Shown here: positions 30,011 through 43,284 of the stretch, piece by piece
Layout: each line of letters starts with the position of its first letter
Numbering within the stretch: the stretch's first letter is position 1
Source of the DNA: Vermamoeba vermiformis
Lineage: Eukaryota
Direction: 5' to 3'
Assembly (NCBI GenBank): GCA_045837725.1
Contig: JBEWZL010000168.1
Location: 1 to 64,000, forward strand
Length of the DNA stretch: 64,000 nt
Position numbers and translations under genes: made by a program
The notes under the pieces: model-generated
Database searches by the model: none
What the model was told of the DNA's origin: nothing
What the model saw: only the letters and a program-made list of their open reading frames with translations

Positions 30011-32110
30011 TTACGCATTGTTGTTAGGGAATCCACCAGGCATCGCAAAATTGTGCATGAGTAAATTATAAGGTCCGCCAATTGGAAGTTGTGGTTCGAA
30101 GGGAGGAGGAACGGTATGGATTCGCGCAGGCATGCCCATCAAGGGTACTGGCACAAATTTTTGGACCAAACTAACGCATCTGCCTTTATCGGCATAGTCT
30201 CGCAATGTTGCTGCGTCTTGAACTATAGATAAATTACATTAAAAAGCGGTTCATAATTTTTTGCGGGATTAACGTACCGGAATAAACAGTCTTTTGACAT
30301 TTCTCGCAAAATCTTTCATTTTCGTTAGATCCAGTCATGGTTAGTTTCTCCCACAACATCGGGCACTGAAACTCGAATTCGCAGTTTTCTATCAAGTATG
30401 ATGAGCATGTTGCTATCAATACTTATCGAGGCGTACCTATTGGATGCGCTGGAAATGGCGAGAAGCTCTTGGACGACGGCAACTGAGCGCGGCGTGCTTT
30501 GTACATTTTGTACCACGACTTGACTTTCAATTTTGGATTTTGAAGGGGCCATGCTGACATGAATAAAGGCTGCCAGACTTCATTGCCTAGTACTTGTTGC
30601 GCGAACTTCTTTGACACCTATAGTTTGACACGTGTCAAATCAAGATCCGGAGTGCCAAATCATAATTAAGCTTACTAGTCTCATTTCTAATGCTTGTTTG
30701 GGATTCGCCGCAACAAAAGATAAACAATTGGTCACGATTTCGTCGGGCAGCTGGGCGATATAAGTCGTCGTGTTGGTTCTGTAATTAGGTACAGTTTTTG
30801 TGTCGAACATGAATGGGCCATCAAAATTCATCGTGAAATGTGCTTGCGAATCTTTGGCGAATGACACGCCTGGGAAACAATCCATGCCCTTGTGCACGCG
30901 CTCCGGGAACATTCCTGACAAAAATTGTCAGTTATTTTAATCAACTACGATTGCCTAAGAATATCATTGGCTACCAATAATTTGCCCGTTCTTTGTGAAA
31001 AACAAACGTCGTTGGTTGAAACTGTCCAAAAGAATTCCTGCGCCAACAGTGTCTCCAGCTAACGATGGATTAGAATTGCTAATTAATATAATAATACCTT
31101 ACTTACGTTTATAACTTGGCATAAGGGTAGGCGAGGGCGTTTCATTTTGTGCTATCTGTACAACCATCGTTAGATCCCGATCCAACACCAGCAGATCTGA
31201 CTTACTTTTCCGTCATTGAAGTACCCAAAACTGTTTTGTTGACCACCTAACATCTTAGTAGGCGTGAAGATCTGATTGCCTATGCCGATTGCCACTTGAT
31301 TATCTTCGGTGAAATTGTGAAAAGTGACTTCAAAGTACGCGTTGGGCACCGGTTCGGTGTCAATGGATGCCAAGTTCCAGGGATATTCGGCAATGATACT
31401 CGATTGTTGTGGACACTGATCGAGACCTTGATTGAGATGGTATGTGTTGCCATCAATTTTCAGTGAACCGTTTGCAGATAAAAAGCCCGCAACATAGCTC
31501 CATAGATTGGTCGGTTTTTTCGGCTGAATATCTCGCGAATAACTTGCACAGCATTCCTCGCACTCATCATAATCACTACATTCACTACAGTGGTATAATG
31601 GGCCAGTACTCAACTTGTGACACTTGTCGCAGTTGAAGGATCCGTTGTAAGCGCGCGGAAAAAAAATGTTGCGACCGTGTTCGTTTTTCGCAACGGGGAA
31701 TTGGAATAACTCGTGTGGGTGATGCGGGGGTTTTACAATTGTGGTCGATAGCTCGTTGAAATGATAGTGACATCTCGAACATAAATTAAAGCCCGGGCAA
31801 AATTCACAACAACTCGCTGCAAAATTCAGGTTAATAAGGTTAACAAAAATTTGTTACTCTTCGTACCTTGATAGCTAAACTTGGTACCACAAGTAGTACA
31901 AAGATTGCGAGTAGCAGTTTGGTGCGAGGTAAGCGGATGTGGATGGAATAATTTCAAATTTTTCTTGAATACTGTGAAATTAATTGTGCACAGCCAGTGT
32001 TCGGCTTCCTATAAAATATTTTAATAAAAATCATGGTGAAAATTAGGAAGTACCTTGTACGAGGAGGCGGCGAATGAAACTGGGTTAGACGGTCCGCTTA
32101 TATCAAACAT
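30011..32110 (-). CDS. Cys/His-rich (DC1/ZZ-like) + SPRY + F-box protein with C-terminal Cys-rich domain
   Basis: HPHPL..CxxC, FNCDKC...YHCSECSDYDECEEC, SPRY AYFEVT...VAIGIG...SFGYFNDG, F-box LPDEIVTNCLSFV and tail FQCPMLWEKL...RFCEKCQKTVY. Confidence 0.75.
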
Positions 32111-32568
32111 TTCAGCGTAATTTGCTGAATTAGCAATATAAGCATTATTGTAGGGACATAGTTCTATTTTATGCCATTCCTAAATTATTATGCATTAGAT
32201 TTTCGATTAAGTGATCTGCAGATTCAGTTACTTACATCGCCAACTTTATATTCTAATGTCGCATCAGAGTATAATTTAAGGTACGAATCAACCCACTTTG
32301 CCAGTCCTCCCCAAGGATTGTCTGCGGTTAATAATTTAACAGCTCCTTCCTTGACCACTGCTTGCATGTGTTATCTGTATACAAAATCTATAAAATAATT
32401 ACTGTCCGTCAAAATCAAGATTTGCTAAACCGAAACAAGTTTGACAACCGCGAATTCCACTTTTCGATCGCAAAAAGTCAGGAGCTCGAAATTAAAAAAT
32501 TTACGAGCTCATTCGGAATTTGTGCATTGATTTCCTTTTAATGTCGACAAAATCAAGTTCCGACACTG

Positions 32569-34604
32569 TTACATAAAGCCTTTTCGCTTGTGGATGTAGA
32601 TCTTCGGACTACGAATAATCTTAGGTGGCCATGACCATTGTACATAATCAAATCCATCAGCTTGGCCAACCAAATCAAAATAAGGCACTGTTGAGTTCTC
32701 TGTAAGCAGATGCGTGAATTGAGTAAAGTCAGTCACGTGCTCATCTTTCGAGTATCTGGATCCGGTTAGGTTAAAACAGATTATAGAGATATTTTACATA
32801 TAAGCACTTGCCTCCACCTATGATGTATTTCACCAAATCTTGTTACTCCCGTTTGCGCTGCAGCAGTATCAATGTGCACGTAAACTGGCATCAAACCAGC
32901 TATAAAAAAAATCGTTAGGGTAATTTCCTTATTTGGTAATTTTAATCTAACCACTATCAATGTCAACTTACATTCCATTTTGTGCAATCTTCTAAATGCG
33001 TAGCCGCCAGGATAGTTCGAGGCAGAGATGAACAATAAAAAGAGACTCGTGGCCAGAGTTGCAACGAACGCAGCACCGATGGCGTAGCGAATTAACGTGT
33101 CCATTCCCGCCGAAATTTTAGCTTTTTTGTCCTTATCCTCATCAGCAAGATGGAACCTGACTTATTGTTAGATCGCACGTAAGAGCCTGTCACAAAAGTC
33201 TTACAAGTATTCCATGCCAATAGCTGAAATCATGTTGAGTATAGGGAACACGTAGAATATGAACCGAAGCTCTTTGTGAGGCAAGAACGAATAGAGAATT
33301 AAAAATGCAGTGATGGGCACCACGATCTGAACGAGTCGTTTGAACTGCGCGAACAATCCAACGAACACGAGTGGAAAAGTGAACATTAAGGTCTTTGGAA
33401 TAGCTACTAGGAAGTACCAATAGAATGGGCTCGTCTGTAAGGTTGATTTAAAATTGCTGTTAACACGTGGATCTAGCGTTACTTACACCCCATTCATGGC
33501 TCTTATTCATGACAGTATTAAAGAATAATACTTCGCCTTCGGGCCATAACCATCTTCCCCAGAAGTACGAGTCAATTAATACAGTAGTAGCTGAGAGAAA
33601 TAATAATTAGATCTGCATCTAACGAGATCCAAAAATTAACTTGCCTAAGCTAATAACGCCGAAAATAACGCCAATAAATATTGTTTTGAAAAAGGGAATT
33701 TGTTTCGTGACTAATAGCGTTAAAATGATCGGGCCGAATAGTACTAAGACTTCGCTTCTGAAAACTACGATTGTGAACGTAAACCAGCCAATCATTGGCG
33801 TGAATTTTCCTTGCAGCCAGTAAGAATAGGCAATCATGACTATAGATAAAAAATTAATATAGATCACGGTGGAATAATTGGGGCGTATTTACCCAGTGCC
33901 AGGGCAAAAGTGTTTGGCAACGAGCGAGAGAAGTAAAAAGTCAGGTGAAACTGCGCCATTTGAACGATTGCAAGCCATTTAGCGACATTAAGACCAAATA
34001 CTCGTCCTACTTGAGCTTTAAATTTGGCAAAGGCGAAGATCAGCACCAAGCCTAAAACTGATCTCACTGTAATGCTTCGGAGTTAGAGACATATCGTTTA
34101 AAAGTATTATAGTTAAATCAAAGTACCTATATATTGCATAGTCCATTTTGAAAAGCCAAAATAAGACAGCAAGAGCTGGATCGGCTTTGAAAGTAAGGCT
34201 ACAAATAGAGAGCCAATGAAAGTTCTCGGCACAACACCAGGGAATTCAAAGTGATCGTACTATGCAGATAATGAAATTAGAATTATACTCGTTTGGAAGC
34301 TTCTAGATCCGCGTGTCATCAAGAAAAAAATAATTAAAATATACTGGCAAGATATTTACATGAATCCTAATAAATAATCGACTTGCTAGTATTTATAGAC
34401 TCTTAAAATATTTTTAGATCATTAATAGCCTACCTTTGGGAGATCAAATCCGTGGTATAACATGTCGTGCATTGCTTGCATATTGAAGCTCTCCTCTACC
34501 TTAGTAAAAGGTGCTAATGCAATATGTACTATAACTAGCACCCAATAATAGCCATCTTTTCCACCGTCTCCTTTTTTTGGAGGTTCTTGTTGTGCTCCAT
34601 CCAT
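32569..34604 (-). CDS. ALG12: Dol-P-Man alpha-1,6-mannosyltransferase
   Basis: [63 protein letters not shown] and AAQTGVTRF. Confidence 0.92.
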
Positions 34605-34668
34605 TTTTGCATTAAATTTTAATCTTCATAACGAGAACCACATCTTATTTTGTATTAACTTTAATAAA

Positions 34669-37600
34669 ATGGACGACGACGATGGTATGATGTTAAATAT
34701 CGTCTCTATTGAGGCACCCAAGAAGAAGAAAAAAGTGGGCAAAATCCGCACTTCGGTAAGATCGCGATCTAACCAAACATTGATTCAGTATTACGGAATA
34801 TATATTTTGATTTCGATATTATTGTTTTTGAAACACTACAATTATGCGTTGCGAATTTTCTACGTTGACATTTTGCTTGCGCATCTGGATAATCGTTACT
34901 GATTTTTGTTTATTTATACAGACGCCATCATTCAAGCAGTTGCGCGAAGGAGAGTTTAAAGGCGTAAGTATAACATTTAATATAATTTTCTGGGTCGTAA
35001 ATCCGATCTGATCCGATCTCGATCGCATCTCAAAAGTGAATTATGACTAATTTATATGCAGATGGCCCACTTAAAACACGAGGCCAAAGTCAAGTTAAAA
35101 GAGAAGAATGAGAAAAAGCAAGCTGCTGCTGAAGTAGAAAAACAACAAGAAAACGGATCGAGCACTGCCAAAAAATCAGAAACAAAAGACGTTGAAATGA
35201 AAGAAAATAATCAAGAGGTCAAAGCTGTTAAGCCAGTCACTAAGAAGCGACCAGCGGAAGAAATTACGAATGATGAACAAGGATCTGATCAACCTCCCCA
35301 GAAAAAACGCAAGACTGAAGAAGTAAAGCCAGAAATTACTAAAGAACCCGTTAAAACCGAAAAACCTGCCGAAGAAAAGCCCAAACCTAAAGCCGATTAT
35401 ACAAAAAGAGGCACCGTTCCGCAACCTAAAACGGCGACGGTACCAAATCCAGCCAACTTTGAGTTTGCTCCGAAATCATTGAGCAGATTAAAGCAAATGC
35501 AACAAGACGGAAAATCATTGAATAAGAAACAGTTATTAGAACGCACGAAGAAGGTCGTTTCGACTGAAACTTTGTTCAGCGAGAAAACATTCGCAGATCT
35601 CAATCTAGATGCGCGTTTGGTTAAAAACTTGGAAGGTAATGATACTAGTACCATACAACTACACATTATTAACGATCATTATTAATTATAGAGCACATGA
35701 ACATGCCTAAACCAACTTTAATTCAAAAAGCTGCCGTTCCAGCTATTTTGAGCAAGCACGACGCGTAAGTCACGATTAAAATTGACTTTACTATAGCAGT
35801 TAATATATTAACAATGATGTATATTTAGTTTGGTGCAAGCTGAGACTGGTAGCGGTAAAACGCTGACTTATCTCCTGCCGATCGTTCAAGATCTGGTTAG
35901 CGAACGACTTAATCGTACTGCTGGAACTTCAGGTACGTACAAATTAATATAAACTAATAATACGAATCATTTCAATTATTTAGCAATCATTTGAAAGTAA
36001 AATACTAACAATTCGTTTGTAGCGATTGTAATTGCCCCAACGCGTGAATTGTCGTTGCAAATCTTCGAAGTATTGACAAAGATGTTGAAGCCGTTCCATT
36101 GGATCGTTCCTGGTATTCTCATTGGAGGTGAGAAACGCAAATCCGAGAAGGCTCGAATTCGAAAAGGTAAAAATAGCTCAATAATAATTAAAATATGGTA
36201 CTAACATGTATTTTAGGCCTCAATATTGTCGTTGCTACTCCCGGTCGATTATTAGACCATTTGAAACAAACTAGTTGTTTCAATATTGCTCCGTTACGCT
36301 GGTTAATTCTCGATGAAGCCGATAGGTACGATAAATAATACTAATATGATAGGGTTTCCTAATATATATCATAAATAGATTGCTTGATTTGGGTTTCGAG
36401 AAAGATCTGACCGCGATTATTCATACTTTGAATTCTCGAAGCGCGAAGGTCCCTGTAGCCGGAAAATCAGAAAATGGCGACAATAAGAAGGCTAAGGAAG
36501 ACGAAGAAGTCAAGCCTAATGAACATAAGTCTAGACAAACTGTTTTATGTTCAGCGACCTTGAACAAAGTAAGATCCATGCATCTGCCTGGATTTAAAAT
36601 TAACAATATTGACTTAATTATTACTAGGATGTAGATAGATTGGCCATTATGAGTTTAATAGACCCGTTGTTTATTTCATTAGATGACCTTCGCAAAAAAC
36701 AAGGCGAGAACGGATCCGACAAGACTGAAAATACCGCTGAAGATAATAATAATGAAGATGAAAATGACGAAGAAAGAGAAGAAAGAGAATTCGATGAAGA
36801 GTTTAAATCGTTCTCATTGCCCAGTGGCTTGCAACAACATTCCGTTACGGTGCATCCGAAGTGGCGTCACGTGACTTTGGCCGCTTTTATTAGACAACAG
36901 GCCACTGATAAGTAAGTTTAATTAAGAATTCTTCCATTTATCTATATTTATTAATTTTTATTATAATTTTAGTCCGAAAGTCAAGATTATCGTTTTCATG
37001 TCGACGAGTGATGAAGTCGAGTTCTATTTTACCTTATTTGGAAGTATTCAAATACCTAAGATCCCTGCATATAAAGTCAAGTCGAATAGAGACTTACGTA
37101 AGTATCTTAACCTCGTTACAAAAATACTCAGAAACATTAATTAATGTAATTTTATTTCGGTAGCTATGGAAGAGTTGATTCCTATTCCAATGTTCAAGCT
37201 CTACGGAGATTTATCACAAGAAGTGCGTCGCAGCACGTACTTGAAGTTCTGCGAAATTCCATCGGGAGTGTTATTCTGTACCGATGTTGCAGCACGTGGT
37301 TTGGACATGCCGAACATCAGCTGGATCGTTCAATATGACGTGCCTAGTGACCCCAAGTCTTACATTCATCGAGTACGTATTACACTGAAAGGTCTTTGCT
37401 TGATAAAGCAACAAGCTAATCTCACTTTCAGATTGGTCGTACCGCGCGTATTGGTCACACTGGTGATGCTCTGTTGTTCTTATTGCCTTCTGAACGACCT
37501 TACGTTGATATTTTGAAGACTAAGCTGAACGTACGTTATTGTATTACAATATTGAGGTCTTAAAGTCAGATCTAACAGAAATATTAATAGATGCAATTTA

Positions 37601-38078
37601 ACGATTTATCTGTCGACGACATTATGGCCAAATTGAAAGTTAACATTGAGCGAAACGTGTCTAACGATCCGTTAGTCGAAGGTAAGCAGAGCAACTTTTC
37701 ACTGAACAAATCGTTCGTGAACAAACATTAACCCACGTGCTATTTTTAGCTGCGTCATTGCAAGGCTTGATTGAATCGACGGTAGAAGAGAGCAAAGAAG
37801 ATGATTTGAAGACTATGGCAGCCAAGGCCTATCAATCTTTCATTCGATCATACGCGACACACACGAAGGTCACCAAAGACATTTTCCACGTGAAGAATTT
37901 GCATTTGGGACATATCGCGAAGAGTTTTGGCTTGAAGGACCCTCCATCCGTGGTTGGCCGTGCATTGAGCAAACAACGCAAGAAAATTGACGGCAGGAAA
38001 CAAGTTGCTAAGGGCGTAAGAAAACAACAGTCACAGTCGGTCAAGAAGGTCAATGTACTCGATGAATTTGCTGCATAA
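34669..38078 (+). CDS. DBP7: DEAD-box RNA helicase Dbp7/DDX31 (60S biogenesis)
   Basis: N-terminal [55 protein letters not shown] and [12 protein letters not shown]. Confidence 0.9.
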
Positions 38079-38118
38079 ACAAGTAAGACAGAAGTTTACA
38101 ATGAAAAATTCAATTTTT

Positions 38119-39673
38119 TTATTCCGAGAATTTTTGGTCGAAATTAATTTCAAGCCACAATTGCTTTAATCGCTCTCTTATGACTTCTCTATCGTTATTC
38201 TTTTGGAGATCAGCCCTTCGGAGCGCAACGTTGATAATAGCGTCGGTTTGTTTCGGAGTGAGGTTGGATCTTGTTCGAGAATAACAAATCATGAACTTAA
38301 TTTCGTCGGGCAATATCGATAATAGACCATTTGAAGGCAATAATATTGTTCTAAATAGCGTCAAATATCTCTTGATTCGTTTGAACTCTTCGTGTTGTAC
38401 TGGTTTTGATGGCTTAATGACTATGAACGGATTTTGTTCGTTAGCTCGTGTAATATGGTCTTTTGTAATGGCCAGTTGAAAAGTAACGTGGCGTAATGAA
38501 GTATTTGTTCCGAGAAATTCGAGGAGCTCTAGATCCGGACTACCAGCACTTTTGAACGTTCTAATTGGTGAAGATGGTTGAAATAATTCTATCAGATCCG
38601 TAGTCCTTATTTGTTGGTGGCTAGGTCTCGGCGTTGAAAATTTTAATGTATGCAAGGATCTGAAATTGAAATCAGTTACGGTTACTTAGGGAACGAACGA
38701 CTTACCTCATGGAGCGAATGACATCAATCTCTTCTTTAGATTTGACTTCTGGAATATACAAACAGGTCAATTTCGAATTGTTCGCCAGTTCTTTAAGGTG
38801 TTCGGAAGATCCGCAGTTCATAGCAAAGCACGTAAGGTTTGGCAGCGAGTTGATCTCTCGCATAGCATTAATATTGATAAATCTGTCTTCTGTTTTAGTC
38901 CATGGAACCATAGGATCCATTCGAATGACTAATTTGCGGAGATTTCGATTTCTTCTGACAATTTCGGCAAGCGGATCGCCTTTCCACAATCCATCTTCTA
39001 CTATTAGCCAAAGTTCTTCTAAATTTCTCTTTTTAGCCAGGACTTTCAATAACTTGGTGGATTTGGTCGATCGAAGCGGCAAGATGAAATCCAAATTGAG
39101 AATTTTCAGTGTTTGGTTGTGCCTGAAAATCGAGTGAATATTTAGTCTATCGAATAAGTCTCGTGCGATGCTATTGATGCTGACACGTAAGGTGAGATCG
39201 ACAATTGTAGTGTTTTTCTTCAGCGCTTTCAAGAATTGTTTCGAATCCAAATGGAGCTCTATATCGAGTGCTTTTATCGTAGTACTATTTAAAAGCATTT
39301 TTTTGAATATTTTGTTGCCTCTCTGCGTCAAATTCATGCTTAGCATCAATTTTTCGATTTTGCATAGTTCAATAGCCGGAAGAAACCATTCCGCACTCTT
39401 GTCTTGTAATACATGAGAGTTGCGCATATTGGAGCATAATTCAATTTCTTTAATTGTATCGTAATTCTTTAGTTGAGCGCAGATCGGCTTTAGGGCTGGC
39501 CAAGATACGTAGCAACTGATCGACACTTTCGTAATTGGAATTGCTTTACGTGATAATTGCTGCTCGAGTAGATAGAGTACATCTAATCCCAATCGATCGT
39601 TAAGCTCGAGTACTGGAAGGTTCTCTTCCAATTTAAGTAATATCAGCCAAGCTATTTCTGTTCGCGATAGCAT
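38119..39673 (-). CDS. RNI-like leucine-rich repeat protein with C-terminal F-box-like motif
   Basis: Repeated N(x)T(I/L)xxL(x)(I/L) motifs and C-terminal LSILPDEIKFMI. One intron near 38661-38705. Confidence 0.55.
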
Positions 39674-39849
39674 CGTTTTGTTGGTAAATTATTTGTCCTC
39701 TTTACTGGTTTAATAATAATAATTGGTGCGATCAATTGAAATTGAGTTACAAAATTTCGCTGGGATCTGATGACAAATCCGAGAAAATTTGTTCGAGCTG
39801 AGCCTGACGAATTCAATAGAGCGAAAAGGTTTATAATTATAACGTGGAT

Positions 39850-41470
39850 TTACAATAATAAGCAAATAGTAATCCATACGGCAGCGAATGCTTCCACTAC
39901 AGATCCTGCACTCGTAGCTTTAGCGGTCGGAGTCTTGGACGTACCTACGGGAGCTACCGTACATCCATTAGCACCATATCCATCACCGCCATACCCACTT
40001 CGACACGTGCACGTGGTTGACAAGCCAACCTGGGCACAATCGGCATTGGCATTGCAGGGATTGAGTTCAGTGATGCACAAGTTGACCGGCAGCACAAACG
40101 TCGAGGTGACAGGCGTGCCATTGCCACCGCTATTGATGTACGAAATTCCTCCGTTGTCTTGAGTTCCTCCGTGCACCACCATATGACCAGCGATAGCACC
40201 GGACACTCCAAGCTCCAAGCGAGATCCGACTTTGTTGCTTGCGCTTGATTGGCGAAAAGCTCCGTACGTAGGGCCTTCTTCTACGTCATTTTGATTACCG
40301 CTAACGAATGCCCATTGTCCTAAGGTGATATTATAGCTCCAAACTTGACTCAAAGCAACGGTCGAAGTGAGGTTGGTGGCCCGAACACCGCCGTAGTAGG
40401 TGAGAACGTCATTGCCAGAATAGACTAAATTACCTCCATACGTACCAGCTGGCCAATTGTTCGCGGAGTATTGACCAATAGCGCCAAAAACAGGCGGGCT
40501 AAAGTCGAGGGAGCCGCCCATGTACGCCCATTCAAGCGTTGATGGTGTAAAGCGCCACAGCTCACTGGAGTAGCTAAAATAATCGCCGTCATAACTCTGG
40601 CCCGAATAAATCCTAAAAAGCAGTCGTAAGTACTAATATAAAGAAATTATTTTCTTCCTGAAGAAAAAGTTGTTCGATCTACGTACCAAGCATTGCCATT
40701 TTTGTCCGCAACTGCTTGCGCGTACCAACAGCTCGTAGGAATATAGTTCTTGGATGCCTCTCCAATCGCACCTTTAATCCCTTTTTGAAGAAATCCCGAA
40801 CCGCCACCATACCAAGCCCAAGTGTTCGCGCTGACGTTGTAACAGAACACATCATTCAAGAATTGGCTATTACTACCTCCATAGCCACCAAAAGACCAAA
40901 GCGCGTTTGTATCACTATCTACCCAGGTAGCAGCCCCGGAGATTCTTCCAGGATTGGATGTGTTCCCGAAAGGTTCGTACTCGGCGATAAAAGACCACTT
41001 TAGAGTGCTGATATTGAAAGAATAAAAATCGGAATAGATCTTATTGTAGAAATCCTTCGCTCCGCCAAATAAGTAAACAACATCTTTCAAGATCCAGATC
41101 GAGTAGTCACTTCGAGGAGAAGGGATAGAACCTGTTGTAGTAATATTTACCCACGTGTAGTTATTCTTAGCATCGAGCTTCCATACTTCAAAACCCAAAT
41201 CAGCGTACTCTTAAAAAAAACCGTAAATTTTGTAAAAACTTTAAAAATTATTTAAAATATATTACTGCTGTCTACGCCTCCGAACGTCCAAATGTTGCCT
41301 TTGGAATCTTGGACTAATCTGTGGTATAGCCTCTGGCCCATTGGGAATTCAGGACCGTTAACCCAGATGGGATCAAGGTACAGATCATTTGCTGCAGCTG
41401 CAGCTGCTAGCGCGAACGAAGCAACGAATGCAAAGAATAAAAATCTCGTATTAGGTGTTGTGGTAGCCAT
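39850..41470 (-). CDS. Secreted or surface Kelch-propeller protein with C-terminal EGF domain and hydrophobic (GPI-like) tail
   Basis: Signal peptide, repeated (W/L)xFGG Kelch blades, EGF CITELNPCNANADC...CTCRSGYGGDG and terminal AFAAVWITICLLL. Confidence 0.8.
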
Positions 41471-41533
41471 TTTAGCGCGAACAACAATTAAGTCAGAAAC
41501 CGATTTTTTTATTTATGTTATTTTTTGGCACGG

Positions 41534-42990
41534 ATGGAGGCACAAGCGAGTTTTTTCACGTGCCCGAAAGAGATCATATTAGAGATATTGTCTTGTTTGC
41601 CCACGCACTCCGTGGTGCAACTGGCAAGCGTGAATAAGAAAATGAAAAGTGTATTTTCCGAACATAATGGATATTATCAGCGATTAATAGCAAAAATGGG
41701 CTTATGGAGTGCTATAGGTAATATTAATAATTTATGTAATCAAAATCAATGTTGTTGACGGATGTCACTTTTTTTAATCCTTTTTCTTACTTTAGAGACA
41801 ACTGATCGCTCAATTTCTAATATGACTAGTTGGGAGGACGAATATAGAATAGTATCTTATTATTCAAACAAGATCCGCTCCAACAGAATTCGAACTTGGA
41901 AAGCGATCGCCAATTTCGACGACGAGCCTGTTCAGGAAATCATGGAAGAGGTGGCGCCGAACCACTTAAGATATAATCCAGCTAATGATACACTGAATAC
42001 GGATCCTAACGCATCTGATTCCCTTGTAAGTTGAACTCATCAAAGGGACCAATCGTGAACTTATATTTAAACCGACGCTTCGAATTAGGGCTTTCAAAGC
42101 ATAATGCCACTATATCCACATCCAGTAGGCTCGTGTAATGTCGCTTATTTCGAAGTTGAGGTGATCTGCACGAATCCAAACGAGTAGGTCCAGTTACGGG
42201 ACAAATGATATCATTGCTAATATTAGAAACAAAAGTATCCTTTTCTCAATCGGCGTTGCGTTAGAAAGGTACGGTGGATTGCCTGGCAGTACAAGAACCT
42301 CCTACGCGTACCGTGTTTCAGGCCAGATCCGTCTAGCGCTTGAATTTGTTCCCATCTCCGCACCTACTTTTGGAAAAGGCGATATAGGTGAGTTAATAAT
42401 TTTGATATTAGATTTAGCAAGATTTAATGACGATGGTAGTTGGATGTGGCATCGATTTCTCCAAACGCTCCGTCTTCTTTACAAAAAATGGCCAAATCGT
42501 TTCCGAGCATACGCACGATCATTTTGGCAATGAATTACGAGAGTTGAAAGCACTTCACGCAGTTGTTCATTGCGACTTTGTGGAGAGCGAGTGGAAGGTC
42601 AACTTTGGCGCCAGGCGGTTCGTCTTCGATATCCGAAAATACCAACAATTGAATGATCAAACAGAGGGCAAGCTCTTCTCTCACACTCGTGAGTACAAAT
42701 ATTAATGCGGTCTGAAATTCTTAGAAAATTAATCGTTTTTATTGAACAGTTCAATCCCACCTGCTTTATTATTCTGACCAAGAGACATACGAACTAATTA
42801 CCAATGGGAATTTCAAATGCTACGGCGTTCCCGACGGCAATATACTTCCGAACTCTGCGAAGGATCTGACAACGTTTCAACGACTGATCTTGTATGGAGA
42901 AACCGACAAATTTGACACCGAATTTCTGGAAGCATATGTAACATGTTCTCTCGTTCATACTACCAAAAATCTATTGGTCAAGTAAGAATC
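41534..42990 (+). CDS. F-box + SPRY domain protein (3' end unresolved)
   Basis: CPKEIILEILSCL F-box, and SPRY AYFEVEV...FSIGV...PTFGKGDI|VGCGIDF...VFFTKNG...VNFGARRFVFDI. Runs into a low-complexity patch near 43000. Confidence 0.75.
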
Positions 42991-43284
42991 TGTAAGAGCT
43001 CTTTAACGGATCGACTTAGTGCAGCTACAGTGACGCAGAAGGAGAGGCAGCGGAGGTTTGGCAGCCTGGGGAGAAGTCACGCGACACAATGGAAGTGAGA
43101 GAGGGACGCCACGCAAGAAAACTCGAAGAACCTTTTTTTTTTTTTTTCTTTTTAATTTTTTTTTTATTCACAGGGGGGGCTCTCGAGCCCCAACCCGTGG
43201 CGGGGGGTGACGGGGAGCCACCACCCCTAATAAAGCTGAATTTACCCCCACGAGCAGCGCAGGCATTCACAATTCAAATTCTCA

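Noticed and set aside
31637-31745. GC-rich hairpin-like stretch as possible ncRNA
   Set aside because: It reads in frame as a coding exon (HPHELFQF...FNCDKC) of the SPRY/F-box gene.
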